Shown one piece after another: positions 1 to 12,821 of a DNA stretch of 64,000 nucleotides. Each line of letters begins with the position of its first letter. Positions within the stretch are counted from its first letter, which is position 1. The DNA comes from Curvularia clavata (taxonomy: Eukaryota), in the NCBI GenBank assembly GCA_023920165.1, contig CP089281.1, forward strand, positions 930,001 through 994,000, read 5' to 3'. Under the pieces are notes generated by a model, which made no database searches, was not told the DNA's origin, and worked only from the letters and a program-made list of their open reading frames with translations. The position numbers were made by a program, and so were the translations under genes.

Positions 1-1509
1 GCGCAGGCGGTTCGTCTCAAAGCGATGGATCGTCTCGTAGTAGTGTGCAAACGCATCCTCGAACAGATCTGTCCACATCCTGTTAAGCTTGCAGAACCGC
101 TCTCCGATCATGCCGTAGAACTTCTCGTACGTCCTTTCCTGGCTAGCGCACTCCACAATCATGGTAGTGAGCTCGTTCTCCAAACCCTGTGGTAAGTTGA
201 TTCGCATGAGTTTGTGCACACACTCCTCGAAACCACCACTGCTCTTGATGGTCAAGTAGATTGTTCGGCGCAGGTTGACAAGATCCGCATTCGTCTGATC
301 CTTGACGTCCATTGCCTTGACCTCTTCGTCCTCCTCATCTTCTGAAGATGCATCCGTATATCCGTCGTCATCGCTGCCCTCCTCTTCACCCAGGATTTCT
401 GCCTTGATCTTTGCATACTCCGCCTCATGAGCTTCGTAGTCAGGATCGAACTTGAAAATGTTCAAGCCATCCTCAACCTTGACGTCATCCTCAAGCGTGT
501 GATTGTGCGTAATTTGATCCTCCTCTTCAATGAGATCCAGCTCTTCCCTTACAACCGGGTTATCCTTGTACTTTGTGCGCCGAACCTCGAAAAGAACCTC
601 AATCATGTATTGTGTGCGCTTGTCAATGTCGGCTTCGTGCAGGATGTTGCGCATCTGATCGAAGATGGCGTTGGCAATCGCCGGTTTCATCTCGTCGAGG
701 AAAGCGCCGACCTCTTTCATAATGCCGACTGCAATCTCAACCGAATCGTCCGAGGGCTTGTTGAGCAGGAGCAGTAGAATTTCGGCGATCAAGATCTCGT
801 GGACGACCTGCGTGTTGACGAGATGCGAAAGAAACATGGTACTCGATAGCGCCACAGCCTTGTCATTCCTCCTGAATCCCTTCCTGAACTGTACAATCAA
901 GCGGCGGACCAGCAAATCGCCAACCTGAGGTAGCTTCGTATTCACGATAGCTACCATGGTTGCGTAGATGGGGGTAAAGGGCAAACTCGCAGCTTGCGCC
1001 TTCATGATGGCTCGGCAAAACAGACCACGTCCACGCACTAGGTTCTCAGAAAATAGCTCGGGAACTATCATCTTGATATTGGCCGTGTTCGTCTTGTTGA
1101 TCAGACCCTGGATCGACTTCTTCAGCGCCTCCCATGCCATGCGCTGGAACTCTGCGCTCTTCTTATCGGTGATGGATTTCTGCATCTCGCGCAGTCGGGC
1201 AGGTGGAATGTACGCGCCTCCAGCACGTGTCTTGGAGTCGTCAATAGGCAGCTTCCTGTTCGCGCTGAATGCATTCTGGAAGAGCTTCAATCGCGAATCA
1301 TCCTCGGGAAGGTCATCGGCAGTAGGTTTCGGTGCTGGGCGACGGCTGGCTCCTCCACTGTGATGGTCATCCTCCTCGTCTCTCCGGCTTCTCTTGGATG
1401 GCCCAGAACTCGGCCCATCGTACGGCGAGCGCTCGCGTTTGCGCGGAACATCATGCCCATCGACCTCGGGCTCTGGGGAAGGCAGTCGAACGGCAGATGC
1501 GACCTCCAT
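1..1509 (-). CDS. CWC22: Pre-mRNA splicing factor Cwc22 (MIF4G + MA3 domains), 3' end beyond window
   Basis: Open frame from ATG 1509 to the window edge, absent from the ORF track: MEVASAVRLP...TRAGGAYIPPARL...FQRMAWEALKKSIQGLINK...ENLVRGRGLFCRAIMKAQAASLPFTPIYA...LVNLRRTIYLTI...TIHRFETNRLR, all characteristic of Cwc22. Confidence 0.96.
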   Translation of the reverse strand, partial: MEVASAVRLPSPEPEVDGHDVPRKRERSPYDGPSSGPSKRSRRDEEDDHHSGGASRRPAPKPTADDLPEDDSRLKLFQNAFSANRKLPIDDSKTRAGGAYIPPARLREMQKSITDKKSAEFQRMAWEALKKSIQGLINKTNTANIKMIVPELFSENLVRGRGLFCRAIMKAQAASLPFTPIYATMVAIVNTKLPQVGDLLVRRLIVQFRKGFRRNDKAVALSSTMFLSHLVNTQVVHEILIAEILLLLLNKPSDDSVEIAVGIMKEVGAFLDEMKPAIANAIFDQMRNILHEADIDKRTQYMIEVLFEVRRTKYKDNPVVREELDLIEEEDQITHNHTLEDDVKVEDGLNIFKFDPDYEAHEAEYAKIKAEILGEEEGSDDDGYTDASSEDEEDEEVKAMDVKDQTNADLVNLRRTIYLTIKSSGGFEECVHKLMRINLPQGLENELTTMIVECASQERTYEKFYGMIGERFCKLNRMWTDLFEDAFAHYYETIHRFETNRLR

Positions 1510-1774
1510 ATTCGCTTACTGAGAAGGTCGCGAGTACGAGGCAGCAAAAGGAAGATAGGAAAGGTGTCCGGTGGAGGCGTGTAAAGTGACGCGCTTCGCA
1601 AAAGTTTAGTGTCCCAGACAGCTGCGGCGGCCAACGGACCGCGGTTTCGCCGACAGGGGTCTGGGCTTGGCGCGTCTCTCAGAGAGGGAGCGAAGAAGGG
1701 GACAGCGAGAGGGTTGTCACTACCAAGTCACCCTTAACTAATTCACTCGTTTCTTACTTCCACAAAACTTCGCA

Positions 1775-2141
1775 ATGGTATGGATTCAGATAAATATATA
1801 GGGATGGGAACTAACACCGTAAAGGCCGATCGTCTCGTAGGTTTCAGCATGCTCGTCGCAGCGACAGTCGTCTTCGTCTACTACACCGTCTGGACACTGT
1901 TCATGGTATGACGATCACTTGAAAACCCCCCTGCTTTGTGATTGGTACTAAACAGTCGCAGCCTTTTGTTGACGACGACCACATCCTCCATTCTCTCTTC
2001 CTCCCTCGTGTCTGGGCCATCCGCATCCCCGTCATCCTCCTTATTCTCGGTACCACCGTCGTCGGCAGTTTCCTCTCGGTAGTCATGATCAAGAGCAATC
2101 GCAAGAAGGCACTCAAGGCTCAGCAGAAGAAGGCTTCGTAA
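1775..2141 (+). CDS. DPM2: Dolichol-phosphate mannosyltransferase regulatory subunit 2
   Basis: Exons 1775-1777 (ATG only), 1825-1905 and 1962-2141 splice to M-ADRLVGFSMLVAATVVFVYYTVWTLFM-PFVDDDHILHSLFLPRVWAIRIPVILL...; the YYTxW...PFVD...F.P..WAI.IP pattern with two TM helices matches DPM2. Confidence 0.93.
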
Positions 2142-2388
2142 TCAACAGTGAGCTTTGGATATGGACTTGGCCTATGAGGAGTGGGATGAAACCCGTCACT
2201 GGCGCAAGGGGTCCGGATGCAACACTGCAGAGTCGTCGTTATTGGGACTGAGAGATGACAATGTAATAGTGATGGTTGGTCATTGTATATTCCGAATGAC
2301 TCAAAACTACAATAGGCCACTGAAGATACTCCAGTCTATGTTCGAAGACAAGTAATCCCTTTTTGTTTGGCTCTGTAGCATGTTCCAC

Positions 2389-5300
2389 CTACATAATGTT
2401 GCAATTCTCTTCGGTGATGACTATTGCTTCGTTGCCTTCCTCTCCTTCCTCTCCTCCACCGGCAGCCTGACCCCTGGCAAGGTGTCTTGCCAGCTGCGCA
2501 AACACGGCTTGGCTGATAAAGTAGTCGTCTCGTCCACCTTTACGGTCCATATCATTCTGGCTCGTGATCTGATAACTCTGGTGCATTCTACGGCGACTGG
2601 AAAGCCCACCAGGTACTACCTCGTCATCGCTGTCGCTGGGAGTTTCGACTGCAGGCTCTGTTTCAGTTTCGGCTGAGGCTTCAGTGCTAACAGCGCGGCC
2701 ACGGCGACCCCATCGAATACTAGAGAAGGAGGCAGGGTCTGCGGAATGCACACCTACACCTTTTCGGGCGTTGCGTTGCAAGTGAGCATCCGGTGAGAAT
2801 ATCTTCACTGTGTGGTCAATGCCCGATACAGCCATGAGCGGCTCATAGGGGTGGCCTTGGGATCTGTCAGCTATGCATTTGGTTGTTTATAAAGTGACAA
2901 CATACCTTGAATGACATTCACCACTTCCCCGTCTCCTTCCAGAATGTTGAGAAGCTGCGCTGTCTTGCGGTCCCAGATGAAAACATGGCCTGAATCGCTC
3001 CCACTGACCACATATTCATCGTGCAAGCCAAAGTAGTTGACGTCTTTTACTGTTTTGACGTTGCAATGTCCCGTATAGACACGAGTATGAGGTGCACATG
3101 GCGCATCACGTTCGACCTTCCATCGCTTGTAGCGACTGCGACCAAAGTCCGTACGCCATAGCATATGTCCGCTTCGTGTTCGTCGCAGTCCCTCGCCATC
3201 TTCGTCCTCGGAACTATCATCGTCAGAGTCTAATTCGTCGTCAGAGTCTACATTTCCATCACTCTCGTCTTCGTCCTCGTTATCATTCTCATCATGGTTT
3301 TGTTCTTCTTCTCGTTCCTCATTTTCCTCGGTATTTCCAAGAATAGTGGATCTTGATCCTGTTGGAGTAGCAGAACTTGGAGAATCGCCTTCCTGTCCGT
3401 CCGTCTCTGTCGACGTGCTGATTAGTTCTGCATCACGAACAGGGCCTTCGTCGAGCAGGGGTTCGATATCTGTCTGTCTTGCCCTCAACTCCCTTTCCTC
3501 GGCTCTAACATGTTTGTCTGAGATGCCACGGCCGCCATAAGCGCGATCCACAAAAGCAAAATTGATGTCTTTGGAGGCGTTTAGCAACACTCCTCTTCCG
3601 ACTTGGTATGCCCATCTTCTTCTCGCTTCACTTCGCGATTGTGTTGGCTCATCGGGGGAAACTCCTTCCGTCTCAGGTGCATCCGTGCCGGTCAAGTCCG
3701 CAAAAGGTATTTGCAGTGCCTGACCGAATGCATCGACTGCTTCAATCTCAGAAGCAAAGAGAACTCGAGTTGCATCTGTCTCGAACTTTGAGGCATCCGG
3801 GTTGACGATAATGTCGTCGCCTGCAAGGTTCATCAAATATGGAATCAGTTGTTCCTGCAAAGCATCCATATCTGACCCATGCGGAAGGGGTAGACGAGCA
3901 CTGCTACTTCGTCCTGAGAAGCCCTCAACTACTGCACCTGGGCCACTGTCAAGCCACAGCAGTATGGCTTTCAAGAAGTCATACCCGAACTGCTCGTGCT
4001 GAGGCAATTCCCTTTCCCGTGGTGCTGGCTGGATCGACGCAAAGTATTGTGCAATCAAGGCGTCCGAGTTAGACCCAGTCAACAGCTGCCCACCCAACAC
4101 TCGCGCCAATGTCCCGGCTGCCTGCACAAATCGACGCGAAGCTGCTCGACTGTCGCGAAGTTTATTCTGTACCGCAACATCGACAGGGTCTGGGTCCATT
4201 GGGTAACCCCATGTCCGATCGATATCATCCATATCTGTCAATATCGAATTGGCCAGGCCTAGGATAGAAGTAAAAGCCAGCTGCAAGCCAGATTCTCCAA
4301 GTTCCCCGAGATCGAAAATGCGCTTGGCTATCTTTACGGTTGTGCTTGCAATGCGATAGTGGTCAGTTGATCGCAAATCGTTTAGTTGTTCTTGAGTCAT
4401 GCGACTTTCAGCAGGCGCCTGGATGCGGATGTCTTCACTCTGACCATTGCCATAGGTAACACGGAGAGCAAGATCATCTTCTGTACTTTCGGTTCGTTGC
4501 CTTGATCCCGCTCTCTCAGCAGCTTCCTCGGAAAAGACACTCGACTTTGGCCGCTTGCGTTTCCTATTCGCATCTTTGACTCGACGACCGGATCCGCTGC
4601 TTGGTGCTTTTGTCGGTGTCACATTCTCTCGTGCGTCCGGAGCTCTCAGAATGTCGAAACTGTAGATATGGTCTTGAGACCAGCTCACGATGAGCTCGTT
4701 TGGCTGGGCGTCACTTATCTTGCATGAGGTGATGTGACCGCTGTCACTCCTACTCATACGCTGCTTTCCATTGGGTGCAAATTTCTTAACACATTGCGTC
4801 GCCTTGCCTAAAAGCTCATCATCGTTCTCGTTCCAACTTGCTGGGGTAGAAAGTCTGGATCCACGCTCGCGGTTCAAGTCTCGACCAAGCATACGTCGGT
4901 CATGCAAGAAGCAATGAAGATGTGCGCCACCGAGGGCAATGTAGTGAGGCTGACTAGGAGAACAAGACACCGTGTTGAGGTCCAGCCCGTAACGGCTGTA
5001 TGAAATGAGTGGAGGTGGAATGTCGTCTGATGCATCAGGATCCCTCGCCCAGGCCGGAACCATGCTGTCTCGGGGCGCCGGGTATGCCCTGGCCGGCTGC
5101 CGTATGTCCCACTGCCGTACATCACCGTCATTTGAGCATGTTATGAAATAGAATGGGTTGTCCTCAGTAACAATTCTCTTCACAGTATCGGTGTGACAAC
5201 GGAATGCTTTGGCGTTCGTATCTGCCTCAGTCAGTGTCACTCGGTTCCGCGCTGTGCCCAAATTCAACGTATTGCCTGCTCTGGTCGCAGATCGGAAGGC

Positions 5301-5744
5301 CGAGTGGCCTGAATGCTCAATGTCGAATATCCTCACGTCGTCCGTTGCGCTAACGATAGTGCGGTCGCCGGAGTAGGGCATGAACTTGACGGAGAAGATG
5401 TTAGATCGATGTCCCGTCATGATGGACGTGGTGAGGTTGAACTGCTCGGTCGAGGATTCAGGATGATAGGCATGAATGTTGATGCGATGGTCGTCAGAGC
5501 CGGTGGCGAGGAGGCGGCCAGATTTCGACCAACTGACAATGTCAGGCGCTGCTCCGCAAAGGCCATACATAGTGGTGCCTTACCTGAGGGCGTTGACGCA
5601 TCCATTATGACCTTCCAGCTCATTTACAATGTCAAGATCATCAATCCACTTGCGATCGCCGTATATCGAGCAGATGTCCGAGCATTTGTTGCGCTGTTGA
5701 CCGACCTCCCGCTTGAGCAGGCGATCGTAAATTGTGTACTTCAT
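2389..5744 (-). CDS. WD40-repeat protein, DCAF8/DCAF6/Iqw1-like CUL4-DDB1 substrate receptor
   Basis: Three exons (introns near 5533-5583 and 2858-2905). N-terminal LEGHNGCVNALSWSKSGRLLATGSDD and TGHRSNIFSVKFMP; C-terminal YTGHCNVKTVKDVNYFG...VVSGSDSGHVFIWDRKT...GHPYEPLMAVSGIDHTVKIFSP; long acidic insert. Confidence 0.88.
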
Positions 5745-6394
5745 GTCGGGCGGCGGCGAAGCTTGCCTGCAGCTGCAGCTGCCAGGTGGAAGGCAACTTC
5801 ACAAAGTAGCGGAGAGGCGGACAGAGCAGAGGTGGGGCTTTCTGGCAACGGCTACGCGAACGTGAAGATGATTGGCAAGGTTCAGTCAGGCGGAACAAGA
5901 TGTAAATTTGACGGCTTGTGCGTGAGCATCTCGGCGCTCTCACGGTAAAGTTTGGGGGCGTGGTCAAAGGCAGCGGCGCGTTCAAGTCGTCCCTGGAGGT
6001 CGCGAACGAATGACGAAAGATGACTAGGCGTCTCCACCACGTTGGAGCTCCGAGCTCTTCCCCGCGGTCTCCCGCGCGCTGCCATGGCCAATGAACACCA
6101 ATACATCTACAGACTTGCGCAGTGACAATGCAGCCCATGCACATATCCCAGCCTTGCATGTAGCCATCGATATGTCTGCCCAGATTCCGCGTGCTGTTGG
6201 TTGGTCCCAATTGGGCAATTCATGTATTCACGCCACTTCCCATCCGAACACGAGACATCACGATATAGTTGTGACTTAGCAATGACCTTGATTCGATCGT
6301 ATTTTAAATGCAAATGCTTATTTACATTAGAAACATATCTACTACAAACGCAGTCCACCGCTCTCCAACAAGATACTCACATATCCACAAAGAT

Positions 6395-9202
6395 CTACAT
6401 GACAAGAACGGCACCAACAGCACCAACAAGCATCATGAAGCCAACACCAGCACGACTGGCTGCGCCCTCGAACTCCGATGGCACATAGGCGGATGGCATG
6501 GTGGGCTTGCTAGCGCCAGTGCCAGTGGGCATAGGAACATACACGCTAGTAGCATTCTTGGCAGGGCCAGCGGGGACGTGGGGAACGCCAGCCGATGGGT
6601 AAGGGGCAGGAGTGTAAGCAGGAATGGAAACCTTGCTGAGAGTCACGTGCTCCACTGGCTTCTTAGGGTAGTCGCCGACAGGCTGAGAGGGGTACTCGGC
6701 AGCAGGCGAAGAAGACACGGGGTAGGCAGCAGAGGGCACGGCAGGGTATGCTGGGTGCTCAGGAGCAACGGGATAAGCAGCCTTGGAAACCTCAGGAACA
6801 GCTGGGTAAGCAGCCTTGGAGACCTGGGGAGCAGTTGGGTACGCAGGAGCAACAGGGTAAGCAGCCTTGGAAGCCTCGGGAACAGCTGGGTACGCAGGCT
6901 TGCCAGATGGCATTGGAGAAGCAGGGTACTCGGCAGGGTAAGCAACCGAAGGAGCAGCTGGATGCTCGGCTGGGTAAGCGACCGAGGGAACGGCTGGGTG
7001 CTCAGCAGGGTAGGCAACTGAAGGAGCAGCAGATGGGTACACGGATACACCAGTGGCGGTCGCGATAGGCTTGGTGATCGTCACAGTGACAGTGCTGGCA
7101 GTGTATACGCTCGTGGTCCATCCCTCGGGGACATCGCTAGTGCCAGTGGGCTTTGTGCACTTGGTGCAAACCGTTGCAACGTAGGTGGTGGTGACCGTGG
7201 TCAGACCGGTGGGGCAAACGTCGACATAGGTGGCTTTGAGAAGTCAGTAAGTGTTTTTGTAAATGAATAATATCTTGAACTTACTAGTGACAACACTGGT
7301 GGTAGAGCCAGCGGGAACGGTTGGGTACGCGGAGTGCTCAGGCTTCTTGGTGACAGAAGGAACGCTGTCGTAGCCAGTGCTGGACGCAACTGGGTACTCA
7401 CCGTAGCCCTTGGAGCTCTCAGTTGGGTACACTGGGGACTCAACAGAAGACTTCTCGGATGGGTAAAGCTGGGAAGATGAAGCTTCGGGGGTGGTGACGG
7501 GATACACATCAGAGCTTGAGCCAGCACCAGTGGGATACGCGCCGCTCGAAGTGGTGCACGAGGTAGAGATCTCGCTGTTCGAAGGAACGACGGAGCTGCT
7601 GCTGATGATCTCGGATGCCGAGACGGGGACGCCAGAGCTGGATGGGTAGACCTCGGGGGTGGAAGATGGCGCCACACTGCTGGATGGGTAGACCTCGGGA
7701 GTGGAAGATGGTACTACACTGCTGGAAGCGGGGTACTCGGAAGGCTTCACACTGGATGAGACCTCAATGCTGGACGAAGGGTAGCTGGAAGGCAACACGC
7801 TGGAGGAGGTCTGGATGCTGGAAGCAGGGTAGCTGGAAGGTGCGACTGAAGGAGTAACCTTGGTGCTGGAAGCAGGGGTGCTAGAAGGCAGCACACTGGA
7901 CGAGATCTGGATGCTGGACGAAGAGTGAATGCTGGAGACAGGAGTGCTCGAGGGCAGGACGCTGGAGGAAATGACGCTGGAGGACACGACAGGGTGGTAG
8001 TTTTGCTTGAAGGTACCCTGGACGGCGTACTTCATCCAGGTTCCGTAAGGCTGGTCGTAAATCAAGTTCCTCTTAGAGACGGTAGCCTCCCAAAGCATGA
8101 CACCACCAAACAAACTGTCTTTCTTGTAGGTTTCAATCAGAAGATTGGCGTCCTCCGGAGTCAGATAGTGATCCTTGTGGGTGGGAAGGCCATCTGGGCC
8201 AGCGGCCATACCAAGGTAAAGCTTAAGATTGGGATTCTTGGAGTTTGCCTTGATCCAGGATACCCAAGAGTTGAAGGTGAAAGTGCTGGCAGCCTTGCTC
8301 TTAATGTCCTGGGCAGCCTTGGCAGCGGAGCAGGTCCAAGTGTTGTAGAACTGGGTGAAGAGGAAATCGAAAGGAACTTCCTTGAGGGCCTGAAAGATCC
8401 TGGCATCTGGGACAACGCACTGAGGAGCACCGGAGAGAAGCATGTTAGAGTGGGCCTTGACGTACTTGCCGAAGACATCGTAGTTCTTGTAAAGGTACTC
8501 GGGAGAAGGCATTTCGTAGTCGGCGGCTTCGAGGTCAAGGTCGAAACCATCAATTACTGCATCGCCGAAAGGACGGGGCTTGCCGGCGGCCTTCCACTCT
8601 TCGGTGAGGGGTCCATAAGCTCCAATCAGGAACTCAGCAAACCAGTTGGCCACATCCGGTGAGGGCAGGTAGTAGTCCACTGGCCAGCCACCACCAAGGG
8701 AGAGCAGGACCTTCTTGCCCCTCCTCTTGCAAGCTTTGATGGCCTCGCCAACGCCCGGGCATGAACTGAGGAGTGCGCTGGGCTGGTTGGTAGTTGGGTC
8801 GGTGTAAGTCAGATCACCGCAAGCATTTGCATGGTTGGTTCCTGGGTATTCGCCTCGCTTCTTGGGGAACTTGTTCACGACTGTTAAGGGGAATGAATCA
8901 GCAGTGTTCTTGAATGGGTAGGCCGTGCCCGTAAGATGTAGACAGTCCAACATAAGACGAAGGTGTATTCCTCCGCTCGACTCCACACACACTACATTCC
9001 AACTTGCTCATAATGACTTACATCCAATGTTGACAATGTCAATGTTGGGATCCGTGCAGACTTCTAATAGCGGAATCTGGTTGCTTCCCTGTCCCCAGTA
9101 CATGGCGACATTGGTCTTAGCAGCACCATCGTACGCAGCTGAAGTTGTAGTTGCAAGAAGCCCAGCAGCGAAAGCAGCACGGGCGAATAGTGAAGGGGCC
9201 AT
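6395..9202 (-). CDS. Class III (GH18 subgroup B) endochitinase with Ser/Pro-rich stalk and predicted GPI anchor
   Basis: Exons ~9202-9022, 8880-7283 and 7234-6395. Signal peptide, NVAMYWGQ, KKVLLSLGG, catalytic DGFDLDLE (DxxDxDxE), LSGAPQC, QFYN, FGGVMLW; ends FEGAASRAGVGFMMLVGAVGAVLVM (GPI-like signal). Confidence 0.93.
6700..7035 (-). repeat. Degenerate ~33-bp coding tandem repeats in the chitinase stalk
   Basis: Recurring cagggtaagcagccttgga / gggtaagc units encoding PSVAYPAEHPA and AAYPAVPEVSK repeats. Confidence 0.8.
7630..7990 (-). repeat. Ser-rich coding repeats (SSSV[LA]PSSTP) in the chitinase stalk
   Basis: Near-identical 42-bp pair gctggatgggtagacctcggg.gtggaagatgg at ~7637-7720, plus degenerate copies. 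Confidence 0.75.
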
Positions 9203-11181
9203 GATTACAGTATTAACGGAATAAACAACGACACGTGATTTGATAATGATAGGACGGCCGAAGGCCAGTAAAGATCGTGATGAGCGAACTCAACGAAAGG
9301 ACGCAAGCAATAATGCTGCAATTAGGATCGAGACTCGAAAGAGAGCGACGTGAAGAGAGACTGTAAAGCAGCGCGACTCACGATGTAAAAAGAGACAGGG
9401 AGATTGCACTCTTTCTACACTTGGCCCCGTAGTGGGGTCCATCGTGGGCGGCTAGTCACTGACTGCGCCGTACACAAGCAGGCAACTATGCCATTGTGCA
9501 GGACGAAGACGGCAAACATGATGAAGCTGCAGGAACAAGGCTTTGGATATGTCGTGCTATTGGTGAAGAGGCCAGGGAACTAACTGCTTCGAGCCTGGAA
9601 TAACGTAGGGCGTCCAAGAGTTTGGCCTTTAGGCGAGCGCTAAGTTTAAAAATGGCTTGATTCTAGGGCCCTGACATATGATGCCTCGCCCTGGACTGCC
9701 GACCGGTGAATGGGCCGCTTCGAAGCATCGAAACCATCAATCTCGGCTAAAGCAGTGGACTCCTTCGAGTGCAGACAGAGGAAGGAGAGAGAAGACGCCA
9801 CAACGGGGCAACCGGTCCAGCGTTCCGGCCGTGGTGTTCATCGACTACCTACTACATTTGTGTATGACGGGAGGGGAATGTAAATCCAACATCATGTCTT
9901 TTCGATAGTCCCATGATGAATGCTGAGATACTGTGGTCGGGTGGAGTTGGATAGGCGACTCAGCATGCTGGAACGACCCCCCGGATGTGTTGTGGTCAAG
10001 GAAAAAGAATGGGGCCACGATGGCTGCCTGAAAGGATCGCGGCTTGGTGGAATAGTGGCAGCGGATGGTTTCATCCCAATGCAGGAACGAGACCGAGGAA
10101 GGTGGTGTTGAAGTGTGATCTAAGAGGCGTCGGCTACGGCTTTGGCGATGCCAAGTCAGGGGCACCCGGCGTTAACTATGCCCTTTCTAGAAAGGCGCGT
10201 CTAGACCTGACTTTTCTGTCTCCCTTTGAGACAGATTCCTTCTTTGCCGCCTTGGCATTCTTCACTGACAACGGGCGAAAAAGATCCTTTCTGCCGAGGC
10301 GCGTCTATTCACGCGTTGTTGCTGGCTTACGGGGCGAGCTCCCCGGTAACATATGACCTTTCACCAGCAGCACATGGCTAGCGCAGTGGGCCTGACTACA
10401 CGCTAGGATCTCCTGCATTAGATTCGTGGAAAAGAGCAATTTACCATTCTTGCGACTCAGACCAGACCAAAGCCACGAACGGCACCAACACGTCAGTTCT
10501 GAAGCCCAGGCGGCGCCGGGAACTACGCCGCATCCACGGCAACTCCTCTACCCCGTGAGAGTGTGCGATTCATCTCCGTTGCCAGCATTGCGTGATATCA
10601 GGGGCGGGGCCGAGTGGGCGGCTTCAGTATCTGCGCATTGTATCGCACGATGCTTCGCGGTTATGTCAGATGCGTAACTTCGGATGATCTACGCACGTTG
10701 TGTAGACACAGTTGCCGATCGTTGCCTGGCTGAATAGCATCCTGACAAAAGGCCCGGATGTGGATGCAAGGCCGCGATGCGATTGCCGCGAGGTTGTGCG
10801 CTTAGACCCGCTCTGCCGAAATTCCCTGTCGCTGTTCGTCGATCTTTATCCGGACCGACTAACGCTTCGATACGCTTCGACCACATAGCCTTGGATCATA
10901 TAAAGCTTACGGTCAGAGTTTTCTGTGTAGGTGGAGAGCATGGCGACAGCACGAATCAAAAGATGTCGCGATTCGCGTTATGCATAATAGTACAAGATTA
11001 TGTGTCATGAGACTGTGGTAATCATCGGGAAACACTAGCATAGTATGCTGTTTACGAATTATTCTCCTATCTGTATACTAAATTCTCTAATTACAATGGA
11101 ATACGAACCGTTGGAATCCTCCAATCCCTAATGAATGAGCCGTTGAAATACACCAGTATCCAATGACTCATATGGCTAAAC

Positions 11182-12821
11182 CTAGGAAACAGCAAACTTG
11201 CTTCGCTCCCGTAGCTTCTTACCAAACTTGTACAATGCGATAATACCGAGCGAGCAAAGGACCATACATCCTGCCAACAAGCTTACTCCTCCATCAATTC
11301 CGATGCCCTCGAACATGGGCCGGGCGAATAGAATAGCAGCGAAAGCGAAAGCGCTTCGGCTCAGACTGTTCGCGCTGAAGATACTTGCCGCATATCGTGG
11401 ATAGATGTTCGGAATGTAGAGGAGAACACACTGAGCGATGAAGTAGATTCCAAAGACAGTGAGACCAAGACCAATCGTAGGTACGATCCAATGGACAGAG
11501 GGACGCGACGCCCACGCAAAGATGAACAAACCGATCGCAATGAAGGGGCTAGCGATGATGCCAGGCCATAGATGGTTCTCAAGCTCGCCAAAAGTTCCGT
11601 TCATGAGGCGCGGGAAGACGCGATACTTGAGATACAAAACGTGTACTGCAAAAGCAAGTCCACAGCCCGGAAGGATTGACAGGAAGATCAGACTAGTTGT
11701 TTCGGCATTGAAGTTGTACATGACCGGGTAGACTAGGGGAAGAGACTAGGTGGTATTAGTATGTTTGCATGGAGACTAGCTGCTGGGATCCTTACCTCGA
11801 AGAACGAGTAGTAGATACCATAGCACAAACCCATGTAGATTGTCGTGAACAAGATAGCTGGATCCAGGGCATTGATCTCCCATGGCTTGATAAGGGCGTC
11901 GAATAGCAAGCTGCTGACCTGTATGTTTTTCTGCTTTCGTTCCGAATCTGACATAAGCTCTTGGTTGCCGGTGTCCTCCCGTAGCCGCTTAGCCTTGTAG
12001 TAGAGGATTGTTGGCCCGGAGCTCTCAGGTAAGACAAGAATCAAGGCGAGGTACACCGGTCCCGAAATGATAAGCAGTTCCCAGCTCGAGAATCGCCATC
12101 CCAGATCCTTAACAGCGTAAGAGGATAGTGTTGGGCCTAGCGCAGGACCCAATGTGGCAACCATGGCCCAGAGAGCGACGGCGAATGGGAATTCAGCCAT
12201 GCTCCAGATGTCAGCAAGTGATGCGCCTACAGTCGCAAGACAGGGCGATGCCATGAAGCCCAAGAGGAACCGTAGTACCATCAAACCGGCAAAGTTGTCC
12301 ACAAGTGCAGTGGGTATACATAGAATGACGAAGAAGAACCCGGAGATTGCGTACGGTGGGTTTCTTCCGACAGCTGGTATTTCTGACAGTGGAGAGAACA
12401 ACAGACATCCAATACCATAGCCTAGCACGTACAACGCAATTCCCAGCGATGCTGCGACGTGACTGACGTGGAACTTTTCCAATACGTCTTGTTGTGAAGA
12501 GGAGTATATCGAGGATCCGACATACACTGCAAATGTGTAGACACAGAGTATGACCGTTACGAGGACCTTATGGCTCCGAGGCCAGTTCTGGGGGTTGCTG
12601 GGGTCGGTGGGACCGCTCCAGTCCACAAGTGTGGTTTGATGCTGCTTGAGCTCCTCGCCGATAGCGCCCTCTACGGCAGTTTCTTCCTTGGGAAAGGGGA
12701 GGTCATCTGTCGATGAAGATGAAGATATTGGTTTGGCGGCTTTGCGGCTGTAGTCGAACTTGCGGTACCTCGCGTAGTGGATTGCAGTCCCCAGAGGGGA
12801 ATGCTGAAATAGATAGGACAT
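11182..12821 (-). CDS. MFS drug:H+ antiporter, DHA1 family (Flr1/Mdr1/Caf5-like)
   Basis: LVDWSGPTDPSNPQNW, LFSPLSEIPAVGRNPPY, LRFLLGFMASPCLATVGASLAD, PES...IL, YPRYAASIF; one intron 11746-11795. Confidence 0.93.

Noticed and set aside
10182..10195. 14-bp palindrome CCTTTCTAGAAAGG (contains TTCnnGAA) about 1 kb upstream of the chitinase
   Set aside because: A few palindromes of this length are expected by chance in 64 kb, and it has only two heat-shock-element units.
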